From the NCBI GenBank assembly GCA_965223845.1, contig CBDCXR010000004.1, forward strand, positions 512,001 to 576,000: a stretch of 64,000 bases of DNA, written 5' to 3'. The stretch is from Planctomycetota bacterium. Its GTDB lineage: Bacteria; Planctomycetota; UBA8108; SXIK01. The position numbers were made by a program, and so were the translations under genes. The notes under the pieces are model-generated. The model saw nothing but the letters and a program-made list of their open reading frames with translations. It had not been told where the DNA came from and searched no databases. Of this stretch, positions 18,791 to 28,826 are shown one piece after another (the stretch's first letter is position 1; each line of letters starts with the position of its first letter).

Positions 18791-21700
18791 TTACTCCGTC
18801 GGCAGACAGGCGATGTCGTCCTCGGTCGGATCGAGGCCCGGCTCCGAGAACGGGCTCGGTGGTTCCGGCCCGTCGGCGAAGAGGTGGAGGAGCAGATAGA
18901 TCGGATCGGTGATGTTCACCCGTCCGGTGTCGTCGACGTCGGCGGCGTCTTCGCAAGCGAGTCGGCCGTCGCCGAAGAGATACTCGAGGATCGCGACGGC
19001 ATCAGCGAGGTTCACAGAATCGTCCCCGTTGACCTCGCCGCGGAGGAACGGGATCTTGCTCGGATCGGGGATGACCGTGACGGTTTCGGTGGCGACGAGG
19101 TCGCCGCTCCGGCTGAACGCGAAGATCTGCACCTCGCTCGCCGTGTCGCCGGGAACGTCGACGCGCATGGTCCAGCGCGTCGGGAACTGACTTCCCGCGG
19201 AAGCCCATTCGATGGCCGCCGTTTCGGTGTCCCCGTCGTCGACTACGGTCAGGAAGCTGCGCGCGTCGAGCGGGGCCGTCCCCGTGATCGTGGCGACCCC
19301 GTCTTCGGCGATGATCGGAAGATCCGACGTCACCGCAAAACCCGCGGCGAACGAGGTGCGCCACGTGCTGTTGACGCGTGAGACTCGCGTGCGCGCGAAT
19401 CCTAGAATCCCGTTCGGGCTATTCACGCCCCCTGGGCCGGCGTCTTCGGCGACTGCAGACGTCCAGCTCGTCAAATAGGCGTTCGACCAGAAGGTCTCGG
19501 TGAACTCCTTGAGGATGCTGCCGTAGAGCCGCCGGTATTTCGGATAGTTGTAGAGACGGCTCACGCCGCTCGCGGCACTGTCGCGCGGAATGAGCGTCGC
19601 ACCGGTGTTCGCGAAGGTATGGTCCATGTCCCACGGGAGGAGATAGCAGCGACCTTCGATCGGGGCGTAGTAAAGGTACGCGTTCTGGCCGTTCCCGATT
19701 CCGATCGTGTCCCAATCGTCCTGGAGAACGCGGATGATGAACGTGCGGAAGAACGATTCGACGTTGAGGATGCCCTCGATCGTTTCTTCGAACACCTCGT
19801 CCGGCGTCGTCGTTCGATCCATCGCCCGGAGGAGCGCGATGAGCGGCGAGAAATCATCCTGATCACGGAGAATCTTCGGGTGCCAGTAGTAGCGAAGGTT
19901 CTCCGGCGATTCTTCCCCGGCGTACGGCGCACCGCGGTAGCGCCGGAACGCCGTCCAGTCGTTTGCCTGCATGTCGGGGCCGCGCCCGCCGGAACTGTCG
20001 TTGAACGCGAGTTTCCCGGTGATCTTCCACGCCATACCGCCGGAATCCTCCGGCCAGTTGAAGTCGGCGTAATCTTTGTCGATCACCGACACATGCGCGA
20101 GCGCACCGCCGCTGTGCTGCGCAGCGTTCCGGTAGACTTTGTGGTAGTCGTAGATCTGGCCGGTCGGAACGACGGCACCGGGAACCGAAGCTTTCGCGAG
20201 AAGCTGATACCCCGTTCCTTCGTTCTGCGCCGACCCGTAGCGGCTGATATTGAACTTTTTGAATTCGTCGCGGTAGCGGTGGTCGCCGTTGAACCGCACG
20301 CGGAACATGCGCGGTGAGCCGGGACGGTTCCACGGGCTCCCGTGGTAACGGAAGCCGACGTCGTAGTAGACCTCCTCCTCCTCGAACACGAAAGTCCCGC
20401 GGATGAGATGGTTCGAGTGGAGGAACTGGGTGTCGAGCCGCCGGTTGTTCGTCGAGTTGAGGACGACGCGCTGGCGGAGGAGCGGACTCTCGATCGGCTG
20501 ATCGACGATGCACGCCCAGGTTTTCTCCGGGGCGTCCCAAGGATACGCGTGCGTCGCACCGAGCGAATCCTTCGTCTCGAACCAGAAGTTCACGATCGCT
20601 CCGTCCGACTGGCTCGGGATACGACCGCCGTAGCGCCCGTCCCCCGCGACCTCGTCGCCGTCTTCGCCGGCGTCGTTGAGCGAGATCATCTGCGCGACTT
20701 CGTCGCCGTCGACGAGGTAGTGGAGGTTCACCTCATCGATGCCGTCCTCGTCGGCGACGTCGGCCCGGAACGTAATCAGCTCCGTCGGGAGCGGCACCGC
20801 CGGAAAGTGACGCGCGTTCGAGACCACGGGCCCGAGGTTGTCGGCTCGAACGCTGTTTTCGCGTCCCGGCGTCCCGGGCTGGGTCGGCACCGGTAACCAC
20901 ACCGTGCGGCCGAACGCGTTGTTGTGACCGCAGACGTGAAGCGCATTGCTGCCGGTGATCCAGCGCGCGGAGACGCGGATCGTTCCTTCACCACGCGGAT
21001 AATTGCGCGAGGCCTGCGCTTCCACTCGGTTCGCTTTGTTGTTTCCGCCGCCGCTAGCAACGATGTGGAGGCTACCCTCGCCGCTTCGTGCGTCCTCGGT
21101 GGTGTGGAACGACTCCTCGTGGTTTCCCCAGAGACGCCAGCGGGTGTCGCCGTCCTCGAAATCGCCGTTCGCGATGTGCTCCGTAGCGCCCACCGCGACC
21201 GAGACGTCGTCGACGAGGCACTCGCCGGCCGTCAGGAGATAGAGGTGGATCTCGGGGTCCGCCGGACCGGGAGCGACGGGATCGAGCCGCGCGGTGTACT
21301 CGACGTCGATCCACGGAGCCTCCTCGATGCTCCCGCGCCACGCGTGGCCGGAGGAGTTGTCGGCGTCGGGATCGATCAACTCGAGGCTCGACCCGCCGTT
21401 GTCCGCGCGAACGTCCCACTGCCCCTCATCGAAATACCGCACGTCGTCGATCGTGTTCCCGAGCGGATCGACGAGGCGCAGACGATCGCCGCTGTTGCTC
21501 AGTGTGCCGAAGCGATCGAGTTCCTCCTCGGTGGCGTTTCCCGGCAAGCCTACGACGATGTCCGCACCGAGCTCGTACCTCGACCGGACATAGTCGACAT
21601 CACGGGCGACCACGATGTAGCTGCCCGGGCCGATCGTCGCGTCGCCCGGGAAGTCGTACCGGATCGCGGAGCGGAGAGAGTATCCCGCGAGCGGAATCTC

Positions 21701-23374
21701 TCGCTCCGAGCGATTGTAGATCTCCACGTACTCGCCTCTCGCGGTGTCGACGAGGGGCCGGTTGTCTTCGTCTACGAGACGCGGGTGGTACATGATCTCG
21801 TTGATGACGAGACCCGTCTCGAGCTCGATGATGTTGCTCTCGCCGAGACTTGGAGTCGTCGACAGAGCCCAAGCCGCGTCTCTGCCGGGGAGCCGGGAGT
21901 GGCTGCGCGCCTCCTCCGGGAGTGCGGCGGGGTTGTCGACGTGGGCGGCGGACTCGACGCTGCCGTCGCTCCGGTAGAGAAAGAGCCTCAGCTCTTCCGC
22001 GGTGAGCGCGAACCCGAGCTCCGCTTCGCTTACCGCGAAGACGCCGTTCGCCGCGATGACCGTGTCGTCGGGGAAGACGTACTTGAGCGGCTCGCCCGGA
22101 TCGTCGCTCACGTGGTAGCCGTCGAGCGGAAGCGGCATACCGAGCCGGTTGATCAGCTCGATTCCGCGCTCGGCATCGGGCGCTTGAGACACGATTTCGT
22201 TGAAGTCGACCTGAGCGACCGGCGGCGGCTGGAAGAACCGAAAGGTGCGGTAGCCGATTCCGAGCCCGACTCCACCGTCGTTCGAGCCGAGGCTGACATT
22301 GTGCACCGAGGCGGCGAGGACGTTCGTTCCGACCTGCACCCGCTCCTTCGGAATGGTGATCTCTTCGGACGTCGTGAGGTTCCGCGAGCGCCGGGCGCGG
22401 CTCTCGACGGAGATCTCTTCGAGCGTGTCGTCGCGCATGTTGAGCAGCGTGACGAGCTGGCCGTTGAGGAAGAAGACGCCGCCGTCGTCGATGCTGATGC
22501 GCAGAACGAGCGAGTCCATCGCATCGAACTCTTCCTGCGTGACTTCGAACGACTTGCGCACCGCGAAGGAGTAGAAGTTGTCCTCCATGCCTTCGATCAG
22601 CGTCGCGACGTCTTCTGCGGGGTAGCCGATCGGCAACTCTCCCGACGCCCAGCCGTCGTCAGCAAAATCGGGGGCGCGCCAGGCGGCGGGCGGATCGGAA
22701 AACTCGGCGATCGCGCCGGCTTCGACATCGAAGGAAACCTTGTACCGGACCGTGGATTCGGGCCCAGTCTCCGGCGTGAGCGGGTTGTACTCGGGGATCG
22801 GCGGCGGAAAGTTGTCGATCCCCGGCGTCCCATCCGGTTGACCGCTGCGGACCCAGTTCACCCCGCGGTCGGGGTCGAGGAGCGAGCCTCGGAGGGAGAG
22901 CGTATGCCCCGTCCCGTCCGCTCCCGGAGGCCAAGGATAATCGTCTTCGTAGCGGAGGCTGACGAGCGGTTGACCCGATGCGGTGACGATCTCGATGCGC
23001 TCGCCGCCGTTGTCTAGCCGGCCGGTGAAGTTTCCGATCGCGTTGGCGATCCCGTACTTGGCGACGACGGCGTCCACGTCGCGGCAGACGACGAGTCGCG
23101 CGCGGGACGCGAGCAACGTACCACCGGGAAACGCGAACTCGATGCCCGATGCGAAGTAGGCGCCGGAAAGGTCGATCGGGATCGAGAGGTCGTTGTAGAT
23201 CTCGACGAACTCGAGTGACTCGGTGGGGTCGTCGGCGGGGTTCGGGTGGTAGTGAACTTCCGTGATCCGAAGTGCGGACACCGGTGTCGTCATGAGACAC
23301 CAGACGGCGGCCGCGAGGATCAGCGTCGAGCCGCTGCGTGCGGCTTGGCCGCGTCCGAAGGAACGATTCCCCAT
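18791..23374 (-). CDS. Large secreted lamin-tail domain / CotH kinase family protein with C-terminal dockerin-like domain
   Basis: LRITEVHYHP and LVINEIMYHP LTD starts; CotH-like DWD...NAYLY...LPWDMDHTF; FLRGEVNGD...DAADVDDTG. Confidence 0.88.
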   Translation of the reverse strand: MGNRSFGRGQAARSGSTLILAAAVWCLMTTPVSALRITEVHYHPNPADDPTESLEFVEIYNDLSIPIDLSGAYFASGIEFAFPGGTLLASRARLVVCRDVDAVVAKYGIANAIGNFTGRLDNGGERIEIVTASGQPLVSLRYEDDYPWPPGADGTGHTLSLRGSLLDPDRGVNWVRSGQPDGTPGIDNFPPPIPEYNPLTPETGPESTVRYKVSFDVEAGAIAEFSDPPAAWRAPDFADDGWASGELPIGYPAEDVATLIEGMEDNFYSFAVRKSFEVTQEEFDAMDSLVLRISIDDGGVFFLNGQLVTLLNMRDDTLEEISVESRARRSRNLTTSEEITIPKERVQVGTNVLAASVHNVSLGSNDGGVGLGIGYRTFRFFQPPPVAQVDFNEIVSQAPDAERGIELINRLGMPLPLDGYHVSDDPGEPLKYVFPDDTVIAANGVFAVSEAELGFALTAEELRLFLYRSDGSVESAAHVDNPAALPEEARSHSRLPGRDAAWALSTTPSLGESNIIELETGLVINEIMYHPRLVDEDNRPLVDTARGEYVEIYNRSEREIPLAGYSLRSAIRYDFPGDATIGPGSYIVVARDVDYVRSRYELGADIVVGLPGNATEEELDRFGTLSNSGDRLRLVDPLGNTIDDVRYFDEGQWDVRADNGGSSLELIDPDADNSSGHAWRGSIEEAPWIDVEYTARLDPVAPGPADPEIHLYLLTAGECLVDDVSVAVGATEHIANGDFEDGDTRWRLWGNHEESFHTTEDARSGEGSLHIVASGGGNNKANRVEAQASRNYPRGEGTIRVSARWITGSNALHVCGHNNAFGRTVWLPVPTQPGTPGRENSVRADNLGPVVSNARHFPAVPLPTELITFRADVADEDGIDEVNLHYLVDGDEVAQMISLNDAGEDGDEVAGDGRYGGRIPSQSDGAIVNFWFETKDSLGATHAYPWDAPEKTWACIVDQPIESPLLRQRVVLNSTNNRRLDTQFLHSNHLIRGTFVFEEEEVYYDVGFRYHGSPWNRPGSPRMFRVRFNGDHRYRDEFKKFNISRYGSAQNEGTGYQLLAKASVPGAVVPTGQIYDYHKVYRNAAQHSGGALAHVSVIDKDYADFNWPEDSGGMAWKITGKLAFNDSSGGRGPDMQANDWTAFRRYRGAPYAGEESPENLRYYWHPKILRDQDDFSPLIALLRAMDRTTTPDEVFEETIEGILNVESFFRTFIIRVLQDDWDTIGIGNGQNAYLYYAPIEGRCYLLPWDMDHTFANTGATLIPRDSAASGVSRLYNYPKYRRLYGSILKEFTETFWSNAYLTSWTSAVAEDAGPGGVNSPNGILGFARTRVSRVNSTWRTSFAAGFAVTSDLPIIAEDGVATITGTAPLDARSFLTVVDDGDTETAAIEWASAGSQFPTRWTMRVDVPGDTASEVQIFAFSRSGDLVATETVTVIPDPSKIPFLRGEVNGDDSVNLADAVAILEYLFGDGRLACEDAADVDDTGRVNITDPIYLLLHLFADGPEPPSPFSEPGLDPTEDDIACLPTE

Positions 23375-23893
23375 GTTCTTTCCATCCTCTCCGTGGATTC
23401 CGATCGCCGTGCGGGGGCGGTCTCGACCGGCTGGCATGAGCGCCGCGCGACGCTCGACCGCTCTTGCGAGCAGACCCGAGTCGGGCGTCGACGTACCGAT
23501 AACACCTCGTGAGGTGCGACTTTAAGGCTTCGCGAAGGCCGGAGGAAGGAGAAAAGAGCGCGCGCTCGATCCAGGTTGGCGCACCGCCGGCCGCGTGAGT
23601 CGCGATCGGGTCCTGTATGCGTCCTCGCCGTCCGCCAGACGCGCGGCGCACGGGCAACGTCCAGCGGCCGATCGAGCGGATCGCCCCGCCCCGACGCGTC
23701 AGCGCCGACCCAGGGCTCCCGGAGATCGACAACCCGTGACAACTGGCGACAGCTTGCGACTGGGAACGGCGAAACCGGCCGGGGAGGATAGCGACTGTCG
23801 AGAGCGAACGGGCCCCGCGGTCCCGGCTCCACTCTCGACGTTCCGAGGTGGAGCGCCAAGCATTCGGCAAACTCTCGCAGAAAGGAAGCGACC

Positions 23894-25741
23894 ATGCGCG
23901 TTTCGAATTCGGTTCTCTTCTCGAGCGCGGTGCTTTCGGCCGCGGTGCTGTTCGGCGCCCGCGGCGGCGTCTTCGCGGACGATGCCAAGACTCCCGCGAA
24001 GACCGTCGGCGCTCTTGAGACGCTCATCCCAGCCGACGCGGTCGGATTTCTCACGCTCAAGGATCTTCGCGGCACGATCGACTCGTTTCCCGGCTCTGAT
24101 CTTCACCGCTGGGTGACGTCGCACCCGCTCTATTCGCATGTGCTCGGAACCCGCGACGTGAAGAAGGGACTCGACCACTTTCGTCGCGCGCAGTCTTCCG
24201 TCGGGATCGACCTCGTCGACCTCGCGAAGGACTTGTTCGGGGCTGAGGTCGGCATCGGCGCGTACCTCGATCTCGGCGGCCCGCGCTTGGTCGCCGTGTC
24301 CCGCCTCCGGGACCCGGAGCGGGTCAAGAAGAAGTTCGCCGTGATCCTGAGCGGATTTCGCGAAGGAACGGAGGATTCAGTCCGCGGCGAAGTCACCGAG
24401 TACTCCGGGTATTCGATCGAGACGTTTCCCTTTCTTGCGTACTCGTTGGTCGACGACGTGCTCGTCCTTGCGAGCGAGCTGTCGCTCGTCGAGGAGGTGA
24501 TCGACCTCCGGCGCGGGAAGGGGAACGGATCCGTGGCCACGTCGGAGAGCTTTGCGGCGGCGTTTCCCGCGCCGTCCGGACAAGTGCGGCTCGCTGTACG
24601 GCCGAAGTTTCTTCCCTCCTACCGGCTGCCGACGAAGATGGGCGAGCCGCTTCCGAGCCTCCTCATCGGCGGCTGGCTCCATCAACTTCGAGAAAGCGAT
24701 CTCCTCCAGCTTTCGCTCCGCCTCGACGAGCGCGGCGTGCGACTGAGCGGCTCTACGCACCACGGGACGGACGGGATGTCGGAGCGCGTCGCACCTTGGT
24801 TCCCCGCGGTCTCCGCCGATCGCATCGTCGACTCGATTCTCGCCGAGAGCGAGCTCGCCTCGTTTCGCATCGGTCGCGACCTCAGCGCGTGGTGGGCGGC
24901 GCGGGAAGAGAACCTGACGAGTCGAGCGCTGCGCGGACTGTCGGACTTCACTCAAGGGATGACCTTCGTCTTCGGCGGGCGTAACTTCGAAGACCAGGTT
25001 CTTCCGGAGATCGCAGCCCCGATCACCTTCGTCGCGGCGCCACAGGATTACTCGAGCCTCGACGCCGTCCCGCAGCCGGCGATTCCGGAGTTCGCGTTTG
25101 TCGTTCCGCTCAAGAATCCCGAGACGTTCGGGGACACTCTCCTCTCGTCCTTTCAAAGCGTGGTCGGATTCCTTCGGACCACGATGACGCAGAACCGAAA
25201 GGACGGCGGCTACGTCGACATGCTCCTCAAAACGGAACGCGTCGGGGACCGCGAACTTCACTACGTAAAGATCAGTGCGGGCGAGTCGGATCTCTCCTCA
25301 CTGCTCCGCAACTTCTCCCCGAGCATCGGGACGGTCGGCCGCTACTGTGTGCTCAGCTCGACGAAAGCGCTCGGGACGCGTCTCGTCTCGGAGCTCGGCG
25401 GATCGGCCCACTCCGATGCGAAGTCTTCGGATCGCTCCCCGAAGAACCGTAGCACGCGATCGTCCGTTCGTGCCGCGGGCGACACGCTCCGCGTGAGTGG
25501 GGCGGGGGTCCGCCGCGCGCTCCGCGACAATTACGACCTGTTCGTCGCGAAGAACATGGCGGAGAAGGGTGCTTCGAAGGCGGCTGCCGAGGGCGAGATC
25601 GACACGATTCTTTCCGTTCTCGACGTCGTCGGCGACGTCCGCTTTCGCGCGACGAACCACTCCGACCGACTCGGTCTAGAGCTGCGCGTCGGACTGACGA
25701 AGTCGCTCCGGAAGGAAGGTGCGACCCAGCCGACGAACTGA
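23894..25741 (+). CDS. Secreted hypothetical protein (DUF3352-like)
   Basis: Signal peptide; LIPADAVGF start typical of such proteins; first gene of a run with DUF1800/DUF1501. Confidence 0.7.
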   Translation: MRVSNSVLFSSAVLSAAVLFGARGGVFADDAKTPAKTVGALETLIPADAVGFLTLKDLRGTIDSFPGSDLHRWVTSHPLYSHVLGTRDVKKGLDHFRRAQSSVGIDLVDLAKDLFGAEVGIGAYLDLGGPRLVAVSRLRDPERVKKKFAVILSGFREGTEDSVRGEVTEYSGYSIETFPFLAYSLVDDVLVLASELSLVEEVIDLRRGKGNGSVATSESFAAAFPAPSGQVRLAVRPKFLPSYRLPTKMGEPLPSLLIGGWLHQLRESDLLQLSLRLDERGVRLSGSTHHGTDGMSERVAPWFPAVSADRIVDSILAESELASFRIGRDLSAWWAAREENLTSRALRGLSDFTQGMTFVFGGRNFEDQVLPEIAAPITFVAAPQDYSSLDAVPQPAIPEFAFVVPLKNPETFGDTLLSSFQSVVGFLRTTMTQNRKDGGYVDMLLKTERVGDRELHYVKISAGESDLSSLLRNFSPSIGTVGRYCVLSSTKALGTRLVSELGGSAHSDAKSSDRSPKNRSTRSSVRAAGDTLRVSGAGVRRALRDNYDLFVAKNMAEKGASKAAAEGEIDTILSVLDVVGDVRFRATNHSDRLGLELRVGLTKSLRKEGATQPTN

Positions 25742-25827
25742 ACCCGGCCTCTCCCCGCGCGGACGCGACTCGCGCCCGCGCGGGACGGCAGTCGAACACC
25801 CGCGGAAGCGATCGCACGGAGACGCCG

Positions 25828-27105
25828 ATGACAGAGACGAACGCCACCATTCAGCCGTACCGTCCGGGAGTCGACGGACCTTGGGGACGCGCAGAGGCGT
25901 CGCATCTCGTTCGCCGCCTCGCATTCGGCGCGCCGCCCGAACTCGTCGCGGCAGCGCAGTCGGCGAGCCCGAACGCCGCCGCGGAAGACCTCCTCCGCCT
26001 TCGCCCCGAATCGGAAGACGTCGAGTTCGTCCGCGCGAGAGTCGAGCCGCAGCGCTCGATCGCCGCCGTTCAGGGCGCGTGGCTCTACGCGATGATGCAC
26101 TCGACGAATCCGGCGCGGGAAAAGCTCGCCCTCTTCTGGCACGGCCACTTCGCGACATCGGATCGAAAGATCGAGCAACCGAATCTGATGCACCGTCAGA
26201 TCGAGCTCTTCCGTCGACTCGGCGCCGGTGGGTTCGGCGAGCTCGCGCACGCGGTCGCGAAGGATCCGGCGATGCTCCTCTGGCTCGATGGCAACTCGAA
26301 TCGGTCGGGACGGCCGAACGAGAACTTCGCCCGCGAGCTCATGGAACTCTTCACCCTCGGAATCGGAAACTACACCGAAGCCGACATCAAGGAAGCCGCT
26401 CGAGCGTTCACGGGTTGGCACGTTCGCAACGGCGAGTTCGTGTTCGAGCGCCGCGCGCACGACCGCGGAGAGAAGACCGTCTTCGGCCGATCCGGCGCGT
26501 GGGAAGGACACCAGATCGTCGACTTCTGTCTCGAGAAGGCCGCGTGCGCGCGGTTCATTGCGACGAAGCTCTACGAGTTCTATGTTGCGCCGAACCCGTC
26601 GCCCGAGCTCGCCGCTGCGCTCGCCGAGATGTACGAGGCGGGGGGCAAGTCCACGGCGGAGTTCGTCGCGAAGCTCTGCTCCTCGCGGGCCTTCTTTGCG
26701 CCGGAGGCGCGGCGCGCGCTCGTGGCCTCGCCGGTCGACTTCGCCGTGGGGGCACTCCGGACGCTCGGCGGCTCGACGAGCGCGACCGAGCTCGCCGAGA
26801 GTCTCGCGGAAATGGGACAAGACATCTGCCGCCCGCCGAGCGTGAAAGGTTGGAAGTCGGGGCTCGATTGGCTCTCGTCGACCACGCTCGTCGCTCGGAT
26901 GCGATTCGCATCGACCTTCGTCCGCGCCGGGCGGCACCACACGCACATCGCTTGGACGGATCTCGCTCAGCCGTCCGTCATCGAGCGATTCTTCCCCGAG
27001 GGACTCGACTCGAAGACGCAGGAGGCGGTGATCGAAACCGCCGAGGCCGACCGCGCGGCAATCGCCGAGGGCTGCCTCCAGCTTCCCGAGGCGCAGTTCG
27101 TTTGA
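25828..27105 (+). CDS. DUF1800 family protein
   Basis: HLVRRLAFGA, REKLALFWHGHFATS, NENFARELMELFTLG, ARAFTGW and PPSVKGW motifs. Confidence 0.93.
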   Translation: MTETNATIQPYRPGVDGPWGRAEASHLVRRLAFGAPPELVAAAQSASPNAAAEDLLRLRPESEDVEFVRARVEPQRSIAAVQGAWLYAMMHSTNPAREKLALFWHGHFATSDRKIEQPNLMHRQIELFRRLGAGGFGELAHAVAKDPAMLLWLDGNSNRSGRPNENFARELMELFTLGIGNYTEADIKEAARAFTGWHVRNGEFVFERRAHDRGEKTVFGRSGAWEGHQIVDFCLEKAACARFIATKLYEFYVAPNPSPELAAALAEMYEAGGKSTAEFVAKLCSSRAFFAPEARRALVASPVDFAVGALRTLGGSTSATELAESLAEMGQDICRPPSVKGWKSGLDWLSSTTLVARMRFASTFVRAGRHHTHIAWTDLAQPSVIERFFPEGLDSKTQEAVIETAEADRAAIAEGCLQLPEAQFV

Positions 27106-27169
27106 GACGGTTCGACGTTCCACCACTCGTTCAAAGACCGCTCACGTAGCGGAAAGCGAGGACTCGACT

Positions 27170-28414
27170 ATGAATCTCTCCCGACGCCAATTCCTGAGCG
27201 CGACGGCGCTCGCGGGTCTCACGCCCGTCCCGCGCGTGCTCCTCGAAGCCGCACTCCGGCCGCGGGCGAACGACGAGGACGCGACGACACTCGTCGTCCT
27301 CCAGCTCTCGGGTGGGAACGACGCGCTGAACACCGTGATCCCGGGTGAGGATCCGATCTACCGGCGCGAACGGCCGACGCTCGCCGTGGGCGAGGAGCGC
27401 GTGCTCTCGCTCGCGCGTGGAGCTTTCGACCCGGCGGGCGTGACTCTCTCGGGCGCCGCCCAAGCGGAACACATCGGATTCCATCCGGAGATGAAAGCGC
27501 TCTGGGAGCTCTACGGAGAAGGACGCGTCGCGGTCGTGCAGGGAGTCGGCTACCCGAATCCGAGCCGATCGCACTTTCGCTCGATGGACATCTGGCACAC
27601 CGCGCGTCCCGACGTCGAAGATACGGAGAGCGGCTGGCTCGGGCGCACGATCGACCGCCACTCGGGGGCGATGTCCGCCGTCGACATCGGTCACGCCGCG
27701 CTGCCGCTCGCGCTTCGCGGGGAAACGGAGGTCCCGAGTCTGCAGAATCTCGACTGGCTCGACGAGCTCGCGTCACCCGAGGGTCGACGCGTTCGCAGTC
27801 GGCTGCGCGCGCTCCACGCGGCCGGACGAACCGGGCCCGCTGAGCGCGTGCGTCGGCTGGCCGTATCGACCTTCGCATCGCTCGATCGTCTCGTCGAGCT
27901 GCGCAACCGGCCCGTGCCTGTCGAGTACCCCGATTCCCGTCTCGCCGACCGATTGAAGTGGGCGGCGCAACTCATCTCGGGTCACTTCCCCGCGCGCGTT
28001 CTCTACCTCTCCCTCGGCGGGTTCGACACCCACGCGCAACAGCGCGAGCACCACGAGCGTTTGCTCCGCGACCTCTCTGGTTCCGTCGCCGCGTTCTTTC
28101 GCCACCTCGAGGCGCAGAGCGAGGAGAAGCGAGTGACCGTGCTCGTCTTCAGCGAGTTCGGCCGGCGTGTGCGCGAGAACGGCAGCCGGGGGACAGACCA
28201 CGGCGTCGCGGCGCCGCTCTTTCTGATCTCGGGCAAGGTCCGAGGAGGGGTGTACGGACCGCACCCGCGACTCGACGACCTCGACGACGGCGACCTCCGG
28301 TTCCACACGGACTTTCGCCGGATTTACGCGACGCTCCTCGACCGCTGGCTCGGGGTGGGGGACTCGAAGACGCTTCTCGGGGGCGAGTTCGCTCCGCTCG
28401 ACGTGTACGCGTAG
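27170..28414 (+). CDS. DUF1501 family protein with Tat signal
   Basis: SRRQFL Tat motif; LSGGNDALN, RSHFRS, GGFDTH and SEFGRR...GTDHG motifs. Confidence 0.93.
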   Translation: MNLSRRQFLSATALAGLTPVPRVLLEAALRPRANDEDATTLVVLQLSGGNDALNTVIPGEDPIYRRERPTLAVGEERVLSLARGAFDPAGVTLSGAAQAEHIGFHPEMKALWELYGEGRVAVVQGVGYPNPSRSHFRSMDIWHTARPDVEDTESGWLGRTIDRHSGAMSAVDIGHAALPLALRGETEVPSLQNLDWLDELASPEGRRVRSRLRALHAAGRTGPAERVRRLAVSTFASLDRLVELRNRPVPVEYPDSRLADRLKWAAQLISGHFPARVLYLSLGGFDTHAQQREHHERLLRDLSGSVAAFFRHLEAQSEEKRVTVLVFSEFGRRVRENGSRGTDHGVAAPLFLISGKVRGGVYGPHPRLDDLDDGDLRFHTDFRRIYATLLDRWLGVGDSKTLLGGEFAPLDVYA

Positions 28415-28645
28415 AGATCGGCGTGTCGACTCGACTCGAATCCCGGGTCCGGGTGATGTCTGCCCTCGCGGAGAGGCCGCGGACCGCGCACTCTCGTGTC
28501 GCTCCGAGGGGCCAGGGGCGCCGCGCGGGTCGCGGCGGAGGCCGGCTCGGCCCGAGCGCGAGCTCAAAGTGTCAGATTCTTGGGCGATTGGCATCTACCC
28601 CCGGTGGCGACGCCGCCTAAGTCGTTAAAATCGAATGGTTTAGGT

Positions 28646-28661
28646 TGGCACGCGCGTTGCT
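28646..28661 (+). promoter_or_regulatory. Sigma-54 (-24/-12) promoter
   Basis: TGGCAC-GCGCG-TTGCT is an exact match to the TGGCAC-N5-TTGCW consensus, in an AT-richer intergenic patch. Confidence 0.85.
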
Positions 28662-28671
28662 CTACAATCCA

Positions 28672-28788
28672 GTGAGACCCAAAACCCTAACCCAACCCTT
28701 CCTCATGATTCCTCCTCCGAGGAACCTTCCTCTTCCGAGGGCGGGGGCCGGTGGCGCAAGCCACCCGCCTTCGCCCTTCGTGCCTTTT
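28672..28788 (+). ncRNA. Candidate sigma-54-dependent small RNA
   Basis: Begins at the predicted TSS. C/U-rich tract with CCTTCCTC, TTCCTCCTCC and CCTTCCTCTTCC, followed by a long GCAA-loop hairpin and TTTT. The next gene is convergent. Confidence 0.6.
28738..28788 (+). terminator. GC-rich hairpin with GNRA loop and short T run
   Basis: GAGGGCGGGGGCCGGTGGC-GCAA-GCCACCCGCCTTCGCCCTTC, followed by GTGCCTTTT. Confidence 0.6.
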
Positions 28789-28826
28789 AGGGGGGCCGGG
28801 TTTCTCGCGCGGTGACCCCTCGCGCC

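Noticed and set aside
20924-23017. Long antisense ORFs (e.g. 20924-23017 +, 7347-9296 -, 25531-27126 -)
   Set aside because: Typical high-GC antisense shadows of well-supported genes, with no recognisable motifs.
28705-28815. 36-aa ORF MIPPPRNLPLP... downstream of the sigma-54 promoter
   Set aside because: No SD (the upstream sequence is C/T-rich) and it runs through the terminator-like hairpin. Not fully excluded.
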